Source: an uncultured Actinomycetes bacterium
Lineage (GTDB): Bacteria; Actinomycetota; Thermoleophilia; Gaiellales; Gaiellaceae
DNA: 64,000 bases
Assembly: GCA_963709265.1 (NCBI GenBank)
Contig: CAVPVN010000002.1
Location: 171,756 to 235,755 of the forward strand
Direction of reading: 5' to 3'
Position numbers and translations under genes: made by a program. The notes under the pieces were generated by a model. The model was given only the letters and a program-made list of their open reading frames with translations, ran no database searches and was not told the origin of the DNA. This document shows, one piece after another, positions 18,001 through 25,444 of the stretch (positions are counted from its first letter, which is position 1; each line of letters opens with the position of its first letter).

Positions 18001-18387
18001 TCGTCAGCCGACGCGGACGCGCGCGTCCGCGAGCTCGTGGCGCTCGTGGAGGACAGCCCGTTCCAACCCGGGCGGTGGGCGCTGAACGCGACCTTCGCTC
18101 TCGAGGACCTCGGCCGCCCGGCGGACGCGGTGGCGCTGCTCGACCGGCTCCGCACGTCGTCAAGGTGGCAGGACGCCGCCAATGCGTATGCCGCAGGCGA
18201 GAGGGTGCGCGCGGCCGACGTCCTCGGCGCAATGGGTGACGCGGCGGACGAGGCGTACGCGCGCCTGCGGGCCGCGGAGCTCGGCGGCGAGACTGCCCAG
18301 ATCGGTCCGGCGCTCGCGTTCTACCGGTCCGTGGGCGCCTCCGCGTACGTTCGCCGGGCCGAGGCGCTGCTGCCGGCGAGCGCGTAG
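15085..18387 (+). CDS. zinc-ribbon / class III adenylate-guanylate cyclase / AAA(STAND) ATPase / TPR-like multidomain protein
   Basis: CSTCG...CAGCG ribbon; cyclase core (VTVLFADLVGST...KFIGDAVMAVFGAP...GDVVNTAARL); Walker A GVPGIGKSRL; long helical-repeat C-terminus. Start is uncertain (GTG 15085, TTG 15049 or ATG 14992). Confidence 0.85.
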   Translation: MEPGVVVCSTCGRESPRDASFCAGCGAPLAEPAGLEERKVVTVLFADLVGSTTRAERSDPEDVRTTLSAYYTRLRAELERHGGTVEKFIGDAVMAVFGAPVAHEDDPERAVRAALAIRDAMAESDVDVRVAVHTGEALVSRGARVAAGEAMVAGDVVNTAARLQSGAPVNGVLVGETTYRATEHAIRYRAVDAVVAKGKSEPVPAWEAIEATARFGVDVDREGLVELVGRDDEVALLSGALDRVRREREPQLVTLVGVPGIGKSRLVTELFAVVEALPDLITWRQGRCLPYGDGVSYWALGEMVKAQAGVLDTDSSNVAEGKLAEAAGMLLPDPAEAEWILGHLRPLLGLGGASDADDRRSEAFAAWRRFFEALAEQRAAVLVFEDLHWGDEGLLDFVDHLAEWASGVPLLLVATARPELLERRPGWGGGKANAATVSLRPLSDAHTGRLVGLLLNRSVIDVDVQSELLARAGGNPLYAEEYVRMLRDDRFAEDRLPETVQGIIAARLDGLPAEEKLLLQDAAVIGKVFWSGALGSLGGLPPPTVEERLHALERKEFVRRERRGSMAGDAEYAFRHLLVRDVAYSQIPRLGRAHKHRLAAEWIGSLAGDRAEDRSELLAYHYGTALDLTRAAGERTSGLEEPARHAFVDAGERALSLSALPSAVQFFSRALELTPEEHRGWPALVLRHARADLGVRQGGEQPLVPRALERMVAEGDLERAAEAEVLLAECDWFAGRNDSTFARLGRARTLVADGPASASKAKVYAEASRFLMLASRPEEAVEVGREGFALAEELDLRELQAHTLNNIGTARVSSGDVGGFADLEQSASIATSINSPEAIRARGNQASLVSDLLGDLERGYELYGEVVDLATRFGSVGFVRWCSVELSLLDFCAGRWDAALGAAEMFLGTLDEAHYMEPVAREVVSEIVAARGDTDRAVAESARAVVFARSAKDPQVLYPALASNARLLAGARSSADADARVRELVALVEDSPFQPGRWALNATFALEDLGRPADAVALLDRLRTSSRWQDAANAYAAGERVRAADVLGAMGDAADEAYARLRAAELGGETAQIGPALAFYRSVGASAYVRRAEALLPASA

Positions 18388-18400
18388 CGAGACAACCGGC

Positions 18401-19810
18401 CTACGCCTCGACCTGCGTCCGCTGCGCGGCGAGGAACTCGAGCAGGTCGGAGCGGGTCAGGATCGCCACCGGCTTGCCCGAGCGGCCGACGACGACGGCA
18501 CCGCCCGAGCCGGTCAGCTCGGCGAACACCTCGTCGACGGAAGCCCCCGCGTCGACCGTCGCGAGCGGGGGCTGCATCGCCACGGCGACGTCGTCGTTCA
18601 AGGCGTCGGGGTTGCGGAACACGCGATCGAGAAGGCTGCGCTCCTGGATCGAGCCGACGATGTCGGTCAGCTCCTCCGCGGGCTCGTGCCGGACGACCGG
18701 GAGCTGGGAGATGCCGTAGCGCTGCATCAGGTCGATCGCGGCGCCGACCTTCTTGTGAGCGTCGACGACCACCAGCTCCGGCACGGCGCCGGTGTCGCCG
18801 TCCTTCGCGCGGATCAGCTGGGCGACGCTCGGGACCGGCGCACGCCGCTCCATGAAGCCGTACTGGATCATCCAGTTGTCGTCGTAGAACTTCGAGAGGT
18901 ACGAGCGGCCCCCGTCCGGGAAGGTCATCAGGATCGTCGCGCCGGGGCCGAGCTTCTTCCCGACCTCGAGCGCCGCCCAGGCCGTTGACCCGCACGAGCC
19001 GCCCACGAGGAGGCCCTCCTCCCGCGCGAGCCGTCGTGCGGTCGAGAACGAGTCGCGGTCGGTCACGCGCACCCACTCGTCGACGACCGCCGGGTCCATC
19101 GTCTCGGGCCACGTGTCCTTGCCGATCCCCTCGACGAGGTACGGGTGCAGCGGATGGTCGTCGTCCGCGGTGAACACCGAGCCCTCGGGATCGGCACCGA
19201 CGATCAGGACGGACGGCTTGCGCTCCTTGAAATACCTACCGATCCCCGAGATCGAGCCGCCCGTGCCGACGGAGACGACGATGGCGTCGACCTCGCCGCC
19301 CGTCTGCTCCCACAGCTCGGGTCCGGTCGTCGCGTAATGCGCCTCCGGGTTCGCCAGGTTCGAGTACTGGTCGGGCTTGAAGCCGCCCGGGATCTCCTCG
19401 GCCAGGCGGTCGGAGACCGAGTAGTAGCTCTCCGGCGAGTCGTGCTCGACGGCCGTCGGCGTGATCACGACCTCCGCGCCGTAGGCCCGCAGCGTCGAGA
19501 TCTTCTCCTGGCTCATCTTGTCGGGCATCACGAAGATGCACCGGTAGCCCTTGTGGGCCGCGGCGATGGCCAGCCCGACCCCGGTGTTGCCGGACGTCGG
19601 CTCGACGATCGTCCCGCCGGGCCGCAGGCGCCCGTCGCGCTCCGCCGCCTCGATCATCGCGAGCCCGATCCGGTCCTTGTTCGAACCGCCGGGGTTCATG
19701 AACTCGAGCTTTGCGAGGAGCGTCGCGCCGGTCTCCTTGCCGAACGAGACGAGCCTGACGATCGGCGTCCCGCCGACGAGGTCGATGACGGTCGGGTACG
19801 TGCGCCCCAT
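18401..19810 (-). CDS. cystathionine beta-synthase (PLP domain + tandem CBS domains)
   Basis: LEFMNPGGSNKDRIG (PLP lysine), TSGNTGVGLA, then two CBS motifs at the C-terminus. Confidence 0.9.
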   Translation of the reverse strand: MGRTYPTVIDLVGGTPIVRLVSFGKETGATLLAKLEFMNPGGSNKDRIGLAMIEAAERDGRLRPGGTIVEPTSGNTGVGLAIAAAHKGYRCIFVMPDKMSQEKISTLRAYGAEVVITPTAVEHDSPESYYSVSDRLAEEIPGGFKPDQYSNLANPEAHYATTGPELWEQTGGEVDAIVVSVGTGGSISGIGRYFKERKPSVLIVGADPEGSVFTADDDHPLHPYLVEGIGKDTWPETMDPAVVDEWVRVTDRDSFSTARRLAREEGLLVGGSCGSTAWAALEVGKKLGPGATILMTFPDGGRSYLSKFYDDNWMIQYGFMERRAPVPSVAQLIRAKDGDTGAVPELVVVDAHKKVGAAIDLMQRYGISQLPVVRHEPAEELTDIVGSIQERSLLDRVFRNPDALNDDVAVAMQPPLATVDAGASVDEVFAELTGSGGAVVVGRSGKPVAILTRSDLLEFLAAQRTQVEA

Positions 19811-19836
19811 GCCGGGCGACAGACTAGTGGCTTTGC

Positions 19837-20346
19837 TCAGAACCGCGTGATGCGGCGGGCGCCGACGGGCGGGTAGGAGCGCGCGTCGAGCGGCTCGATC
19901 TCGACGTTCCGGCCCGACTGCGGCGCGTGGATCATCCGACCGTGGCCGACATACAGGCCGACGTGGCCGAGCCCGCTGAAGAAGACGAGATCGCCTGGAC
20001 GCATGGCCGAAACGGGGACGGGCCGCCCGACGCCGTAGAGCGCGGCGGCGTTGTGCGGGAGAGTGATCCCGAGCCGCCCGTACACCCAGGAGACGAGCCC
20101 GGAGCAGTCGAAACCGGCCGGCGAGGCGCCGCCCCAGACGTACGGGACGCCGAGCTGCGCGCGCGCGAGCGTCACCGCGCGCTCCGCGACGGTCGGCGGC
20201 TCCGGCTGCGGAGGGACGAAGCGGGCGGGGCTCTCGACGGCGCCGGCGAGCACCGGCTCGCCGTCTGCCGCCCGCGCGGCGGTCGCGCCCGAGAGCGCCA
20301 CGCAGATCGCACAGAGGAACGCGGGTATGACGAGGCGGCGAGCCAT
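19837..20346 (-). CDS. secreted NlpC/P60 family peptidoglycan hydrolase
   Basis: Signal peptide MARRLVIPAFLCAICVALSGATAARA. NlpC/P60 core GVPYVWGGASPAGFDCSGLVSWVY...GHVGLYVGHGRMIHAP. Confidence 0.85.
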   Translation of the reverse strand: MARRLVIPAFLCAICVALSGATAARAADGEPVLAGAVESPARFVPPQPEPPTVAERAVTLARAQLGVPYVWGGASPAGFDCSGLVSWVYGRLGITLPHNAAALYGVGRPVPVSAMRPGDLVFFSGLGHVGLYVGHGRMIHAPQSGRNVEIEPLDARSYPPVGARRITRF

Positions 20347-20399
20347 CGGCAGGGGAGGCGCACGGGACGGCGTCGAGAGGGGGCCCGGGAGGGCCTGCC

Positions 20400-20610
20400 G
20401 TCGGTGTCGGCGACCGCGGAACGGTAGCACCGGCCGTCGCCGCCTTCGGGCCAGGTCCTCCTCGCCGGAGGTCCAGACCGGGGTCCGGACCGATGACGTC
20501 TCCGCTGCTGCGACCGCGGAGCGGGCGCCTTCAGGGATGTGCCCCCCGACGCAGTCGGGGGATCCGAGCGGCGGGATTCCGCTCCTGCGGAACCCCGCTC
20601 GCGAACGAGC
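20400..20610 (-). promoter_or_regulatory. candidate c-di-AMP (ydaO/yuaA-type) riboswitch in the NlpC/P60 leader
   Basis: The 265-nt leader contains GAGCGGGGUUCC, GGAAUCC, CCCGAAGG and GCUACCGU segments resembling conserved ydaO elements. The near-identical 15-mer GCGACCGCGGA(A/G)CGG occurs twice, 100 nt apart. Not verified with a covariance model. Confidence 0.4.
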
Positions 20611-20611
20611 A

Positions 20612-22153
20612 TCAGTGCCGGAAGTGGCGGCGGCCCGTTAAGACCATCGTGGCGCCGGCGTCGCGCACGGCTGCGAGCACCTCGGGGTCTCGCTTCGAGC
20701 CGCCCGGCTGGATGATCGCCGTGACACCGGCCTCGAGCGCGAGCCGGGGGCCGTCCCCGAACGGGAAGAAGGCGTCCGACGCGAGCGCCGCTCCCTCGAG
20801 CGAGTGACCGAGCTGCTGTGCCTTCTCGACGGCGAGCCGCACGGCGTCGACACGGCTCATCTGCCCCGCCCCGATGCCGAGCGTCTGTCCGCCGCGGCTC
20901 AGGACGATCGCGTTCGACGTGACGTGCTTCGCGATCGTCCAGGCAAAGAGGAGCTCGTCCCACGTCGCGGTGTCCGGGTCGCCGCAGGCAACGTCCATCG
21001 CGTCTAGCGGGTCGCCGTCGGCGTCGCGGTCCTGGACGAGGAGCCCGCCGAGGACGCGGCGGAGGTCGCGCTCGGTCGTCACGAAGGCGCGCCGCTCCCC
21101 GTCCACGAGCACGCGGGCCTTGTCGCGCGCCGACAGCTCGTGGAGCGCGGCGGCGTCGTAGCCGGGAGCGAACACCACTTCGACGAACTGCCCTGCGATC
21201 GCCTTGCCGAGCGCCGGGCCGACCGGCCGGTTGAGCACGACGACGCCGCCGTAGGCGGATACGGGGTCTCCCGCGAGCGCCTTCTCGTAGGCCTCGTCGA
21301 TCGTCTCGCCGACCGCTGCGCCGCACGGGTTCCCGTGCTTCACGATCACGGCCGCGGGCCCGTCGAGCTCGAGCAGCAGGAGCCGTGCCGCCGAGAGGTC
21401 GCCGAGGTTGTTGAAGGAGAGTGGACGGCCCTGAAGCTGCTCGACCCGTGCGAGGAGGTGCGTCCGAGCACCCTTCTGGGTGTAGTAGGCGGCCCGCTGG
21501 TGCGGGTTCTCGCCGTAGGCGAGGTCCATGTAGCGCTCGAACACCGGGACGTACGTCTCCGGGAAGGCGTCGTCGCGCACGAGCCAGCCCGCGACGGCGG
21601 CGTCGTAGGCCGCGGTGCGCTGGAACGCGCGGGCGGCGAGCGCGCGCCTGGTCTCGGGTGAGATCTCGGCCCGCAGGCGGAACTCCTCGATGACCGGCTC
21701 GTAGTCCTCGGGCCGACAGATCGGCACCACGTCGGCATGGTTCTTCGCCGCGGCCCGGAGCAGCGCGGGGCCACCGATGTCGATCTGCTCGATGGCGTCC
21801 TCCAGCGCGACGTCCAGGCGGCCGACCGTTCGCTCGAAGGGGTAGAGGTTGACGCAGACGAGGTCGATCGGCGCGATGCCGTGCACCTCGAGCTGTGCGA
21901 GGTCCTCCGGGACGTCGCGGCGGGCCAGGATCCCGCCGTGCACGGCCGGATGCAGCGTCACGACGCGGTGGCCGAGCAGGTCGCCGAAGCCGGTCAGCTC
22001 CTCGAGCGGCGTCACGGGGACGCGCTCGTCGACAAGGACCTTCGCCGTGCCGCTCGACGCGAGCACCTCGACACCGAGCGCCGTCAGGTCCCGCGCGAAG
22101 GCAGCCACGCCGGCCTTGTCGTACACGGAGATGAGCGCCCGCCGGATGCTCAC
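20612..22153 (-). CDS. purH: bifunctional AICAR transformylase / IMP cyclohydrolase
   Basis: MSIRRALISVYDKAGV..., full-length 513 aa with typical PurH motifs; in the pur cluster. Confidence 0.95.
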   Translation of the reverse strand: MSIRRALISVYDKAGVAAFARDLTALGVEVLASSGTAKVLVDERVPVTPLEELTGFGDLLGHRVVTLHPAVHGGILARRDVPEDLAQLEVHGIAPIDLVCVNLYPFERTVGRLDVALEDAIEQIDIGGPALLRAAAKNHADVVPICRPEDYEPVIEEFRLRAEISPETRRALAARAFQRTAAYDAAVAGWLVRDDAFPETYVPVFERYMDLAYGENPHQRAAYYTQKGARTHLLARVEQLQGRPLSFNNLGDLSAARLLLLELDGPAAVIVKHGNPCGAAVGETIDEAYEKALAGDPVSAYGGVVVLNRPVGPALGKAIAGQFVEVVFAPGYDAAALHELSARDKARVLVDGERRAFVTTERDLRRVLGGLLVQDRDADGDPLDAMDVACGDPDTATWDELLFAWTIAKHVTSNAIVLSRGGQTLGIGAGQMSRVDAVRLAVEKAQQLGHSLEGAALASDAFFPFGDGPRLALEAGVTAIIQPGGSKRDPEVLAAVRDAGATMVLTGRRHFRH

Positions 22154-22692
22154 GCCGCGATCAGCTCCCTGACGACCTCCGGGAGCAGCCGATGCTCGGC
22201 CGCCTGGACGCGCGCCCGCAGCGTCGCGGGCGTGTCGCCCGGCTCGACCGGGACGGGCGCGACGCGGATCACGGGCCCCGTGTCGACGCCCTCGTCGACC
22301 CAGTGCACGGTGGCGGCGGTCTCGGGCACACCCGCGGCGAGGACGTCCTCGATCGGGTGGGCGCCGGGGAAGGCGGGGAGCGGCGCGGAGTGCGTGTTGA
22401 CGACCTTTCGTCCGAAGACCTCGAAGAAGCGCGGGCGCAGCAGGTGCATGTAGCCCGCGAGCACGGCGAGGTCGACGCCACGCTCCCCGAGCCAGCGCGC
22501 GAGCGCCTCGTCACGGTCGTCCCGGCTCGCGAAGGCATCGGCATCGAAGACCGCGGTCGGGATGCCCGCTGCCTCGGCGCGTGCGAGCGCCGGGACGCCG
22601 GGCCGGTTCGACGCGACCGCGACGATCGGCAGCCCGGCGTCGATGAGCGCCTGGAGGTTCGTGCCCTCGCCGCTGACGAGCACGCCGATCAT
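22150..22692 (-). CDS. purN: phosphoribosylglycinamide formyltransferase
   Basis: MIGVLVSGEGTNLQALID...VVNTHSAPLPAFPGAHP...TVHWVDEGVDTGPVI. 4-nt overlap with purH. Confidence 0.9.
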   Translation of the reverse strand: MIGVLVSGEGTNLQALIDAGLPIVAVASNRPGVPALARAEAAGIPTAVFDADAFASRDDRDEALARWLGERGVDLAVLAGYMHLLRPRFFEVFGRKVVNTHSAPLPAFPGAHPIEDVLAAGVPETAATVHWVDEGVDTGPVIRVAPVPVEPGDTPATLRARVQAAEHRLLPEVVRELIAA

Positions 22693-23648
22693 GCGTCGCT
22701 CCACTCCACGCCGTCCACGCCGGCCTCGAGGCGCCCGATCACGAGGTCGCCGGGTCCCACGTCGCCCGGCTGGACGACCGCGCAGTACCCGACGCCCAGG
22801 TTGAACACGCGGCGCAGCTCGTCCTCCCCGACGCCCTGGTCGGCGAGCCACGCGAAGACCGGGGGGCGCTCCCAGGAGGACGGCTCGACGACCGCGCCGA
22901 CGCCGTCCGGGAGGACGCGCGCGAGATTGCCGGCGATCCCCCCGCCGGTGACGTGCGCGAGCGCGCGGACGTCGGCGCGCGCCCGGAGCGTGCGAACGTC
23001 GTCGAGGTAGCAACGCGTCGGCGGGAGCAGCAGGTCGGCATCGAACTGGTCGTCCCCGACGATGCGGCGGACGAGCGAGAAGCCGTTCGCGTGGATGCCC
23101 GCGGAGGGCAGCCCGAGGACGACGTCGCCGGGCTCTGCCCGCGACCCGTCGACGAGCTCGGCGCGGGCGACGACGCCGACGACGGTCCCGCAGAAGTCGA
23201 TCTCCTCGTCGCGGTAGATCCCGGGAAGCTCCGCCGTCTCGCCGCCGAGGATCGCGCAGCCGGCGGCGCGGCAGACGTCGGCGGCGCCTTCCACGAGCTC
23301 CGCGACCTGATCCGGGTCGATGACGTTCGCGGCGACGTAGTCGAGGAAGAAGAGCGGCTCGGCGCCCGTCGTGAGGACGTCGTTGATCCCGTGCGCGGCA
23401 AGGTCGGCCCCGCACCAGCGGAGCTTTCCGGCCCGGCGCGCCAGCACGAGCTTGGAGCCGACGGAGTCCGTCGACGCGGCCAGCAGCCGGTGCTCGTCGA
23501 TCGCGAAGAGCCCGGCGAACGCACCGAAATCGCCCTCGACGCCTGGCGTCCTGGTGGAGTCGACGGCCGCGCGCAGGCGGCCGACGACGGCCTCCGCCGT
23601 CGCGAGCGACACTCCCGCGGACGCGTACGTCTGGTTCTCTGACGGCAC
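22689..23648 (-). CDS. purM: phosphoribosylformylglycinamidine cyclo-ligase (AIR synthetase)
   Basis: YASAGVS...GDFGAFAGLF...STDSVGSKL...DLAAHGINDV...GGETAELPG. GTG at 23648 chosen as start. Confidence 0.9.
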   Translation of the reverse strand: MPSENQTYASAGVSLATAEAVVGRLRAAVDSTRTPGVEGDFGAFAGLFAIDEHRLLAASTDSVGSKLVLARRAGKLRWCGADLAAHGINDVLTTGAEPLFFLDYVAANVIDPDQVAELVEGAADVCRAAGCAILGGETAELPGIYRDEEIDFCGTVVGVVARAELVDGSRAEPGDVVLGLPSAGIHANGFSLVRRIVGDDQFDADLLLPPTRCYLDDVRTLRARADVRALAHVTGGGIAGNLARVLPDGVGAVVEPSSWERPPVFAWLADQGVGEDELRRVFNLGVGYCAVVQPGDVGPGDLVIGRLEAGVDGVEWSDA

Positions 23649-23701
23649 GACGCGAGCGTAGTCGACCGCCCGGAGGAGCGTCTCTGGATACCGTGCCCCC
23701 G

Positions 23702-24046
23702 ATGGGTGAGGCGCTCTCCGCGCTCCTCGCGCGGCACGTCGAGACATTCAACGCCGCCGTCCGGAGCGGTGACTTCGAGCCACTCGTCGCGCTCTTCGCC
23801 GACGACGCAACGCTCGAGTTCGCAGCCGTGCCCGTCGGGCCGTTCCACGGGCGGGACGCGATCGCGGCCGCCTACGCGGAGCAGCCGCCGACGGACACGA
23901 TGACGGTGCTCGCCGTGCGCGTCGAGGACGACGGCACGGTCGTCGAGCCGTTCTCGTGGTCGTCGGACGCCGGTGCCCGCTCGGGGGAGATGCGCCTCGT
24001 CGTCCGCGGCGGCGAGATCGAAAGGCTCTGCGTGGCCTTCGAGTAG
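23702..24046 (+). CDS. SnoaL-like / NTF2-fold protein
   Basis: About 115 aa. The LLARHVETFNAAVRSGDFEPLVALFADDATLEF pattern is typical of SnoaL/NTF2-like proteins. It lies opposite-strand between purM and purF. Confidence 0.55.
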   Translation: MGEALSALLARHVETFNAAVRSGDFEPLVALFADDATLEFAAVPVGPFHGRDAIAAAYAEQPPTDTMTVLAVRVEDDGTVVEPFSWSSDAGARSGEMRLVVRGGEIERLCVAFE

Positions 24047-24055
24047 CCCGTCGCG

Positions 24056-25444
24056 TCAGCCCGGCGCCGCGGCGCGCTCGAAGCGGTGCTTCGCGGCCAG
24101 GCCCTCTCCCGGGACGCGCGTCGGGTAGCTCCGGGTGAAGCAGGCCCGGCAGACCTCCTCCTCCGGGATGCGCGTCGCCCACTGCATCCCGTCGAGGGAG
24201 AGGTAGTGGAGGCTCGTCGCGCCGACGTGCTCGCGCATCTCCTCGACCGAGCGGTGCGCGGCTGCGAGCTCGGCCTCGTCGGCCATGTCGATGCCGTAGA
24301 AGCACGGTGAGACGACGGGCGGCGACGAGATCCGTACGTGCACCTCGGCCGCGCCGGCGTCGTCGAGCATCTGGACGAGCGCGCGCATCGTGTTGCCGCG
24401 CACGATCGAGTCGTCGACGATCACGAGCCGGCGCCCGGCGATCTCCTCGAGCGGGTTGAACTTGAGCCTGATCCCCTGGCGGCGCAGCTCCTGGTCGGGC
24501 TGGATGAACGTCCGGCCCACGTAGCGGTTCTTGATCAGGCCCTCCTCGAACGGCATCCCCGAGCGCTTCGCGAAGCCGATCGCGGCCGGCGTCCCGGAGT
24601 CGGGGATCGGCATCACGAGGTCGGCCTCCACCGGCGCCTCCTCCGCGAGCCGCTCGCCCATCCGCACGCGCGCCGCGTGCACGCCGGTCCCGCCGAGCGA
24701 CGAATCCGGCCGGGCGAAGTAGACGTGCTCGAAGATGCACGCCGCGCCCCGGCCGCGCGGCACCGCCTGCGCCGAGTGGCAGCCGTCCTCGTCGACCCAG
24801 ACCACCTCACCCGGGAGCACGTCCCGCACCACGTCGGCGCCGACGAGATCGAGCGCGCAGGTCTCGGACGCGACCACCCAGTCCTCGCCGATCCGGCCGA
24901 GCGTGAGCGGGCGGATCCCGAGCGGGTCGCGGAACGCGACGAGGGTGCCGTCGGCGATCGCGACGATCGAGTACGCGCCCTCGAGCCGCGCCATCGTGGC
25001 CGCGACGGCGTCGGGCAGCGGCGCCGGGTCACGGCCGAGCAGCCCCGCGATCACCTCTGTGTCGGAGGTGGACGCGATCCGCACCCCCGCCTCGACCAGC
25101 TCGTCGCGCAGCGTCCCTGGATTCACGAGATTTCCGTTGTGCGCGAGCGCGATCGTGCGCGCCGCCCCGTGGTGCACGAGCGGCTGCGCGTTCGACCAGT
25201 GCGCACCGCCCGTCGTCGAGTAGCGCGTGTGACCGATCGCGACCTCGCCCGGGAGCGCTGAGAGCTTCTCCTCGTCGAAGACCTGCGGGACGAGCCCCAT
25301 GTCGCGGACCGCGGTCACCCGCCCGCCCTCATGGACGGCGATGCCTGCCGACTCCTGGCCGCGGTGCTGCAGGGCGAAGAGGCCGAAGTACGTGAGCCGC
25401 GCGACGTCGCGGTCGGCGGAGTGGACTCCGAAGACGCCGCACAT
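24056..25444 (-). CDS. purF: amidophosphoribosyltransferase
   Basis: N-terminal MCGVFGV (Ntn Cys), LQHRGQESAGIA, the PRTase motif VIVDDSIVRGNT, and C-terminal Cys residues. The ATG overlaps the purL stop by 1 nt. Confidence 0.95.
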   Translation of the reverse strand: MCGVFGVHSADRDVARLTYFGLFALQHRGQESAGIAVHEGGRVTAVRDMGLVPQVFDEEKLSALPGEVAIGHTRYSTTGGAHWSNAQPLVHHGAARTIALAHNGNLVNPGTLRDELVEAGVRIASTSDTEVIAGLLGRDPAPLPDAVAATMARLEGAYSIVAIADGTLVAFRDPLGIRPLTLGRIGEDWVVASETCALDLVGADVVRDVLPGEVVWVDEDGCHSAQAVPRGRGAACIFEHVYFARPDSSLGGTGVHAARVRMGERLAEEAPVEADLVMPIPDSGTPAAIGFAKRSGMPFEEGLIKNRYVGRTFIQPDQELRRQGIRLKFNPLEEIAGRRLVIVDDSIVRGNTMRALVQMLDDAGAAEVHVRISSPPVVSPCFYGIDMADEAELAAAHRSVEEMREHVGATSLHYLSLDGMQWATRIPEEEVCRACFTRSYPTRVPGEGLAAKHRFERAAAPG

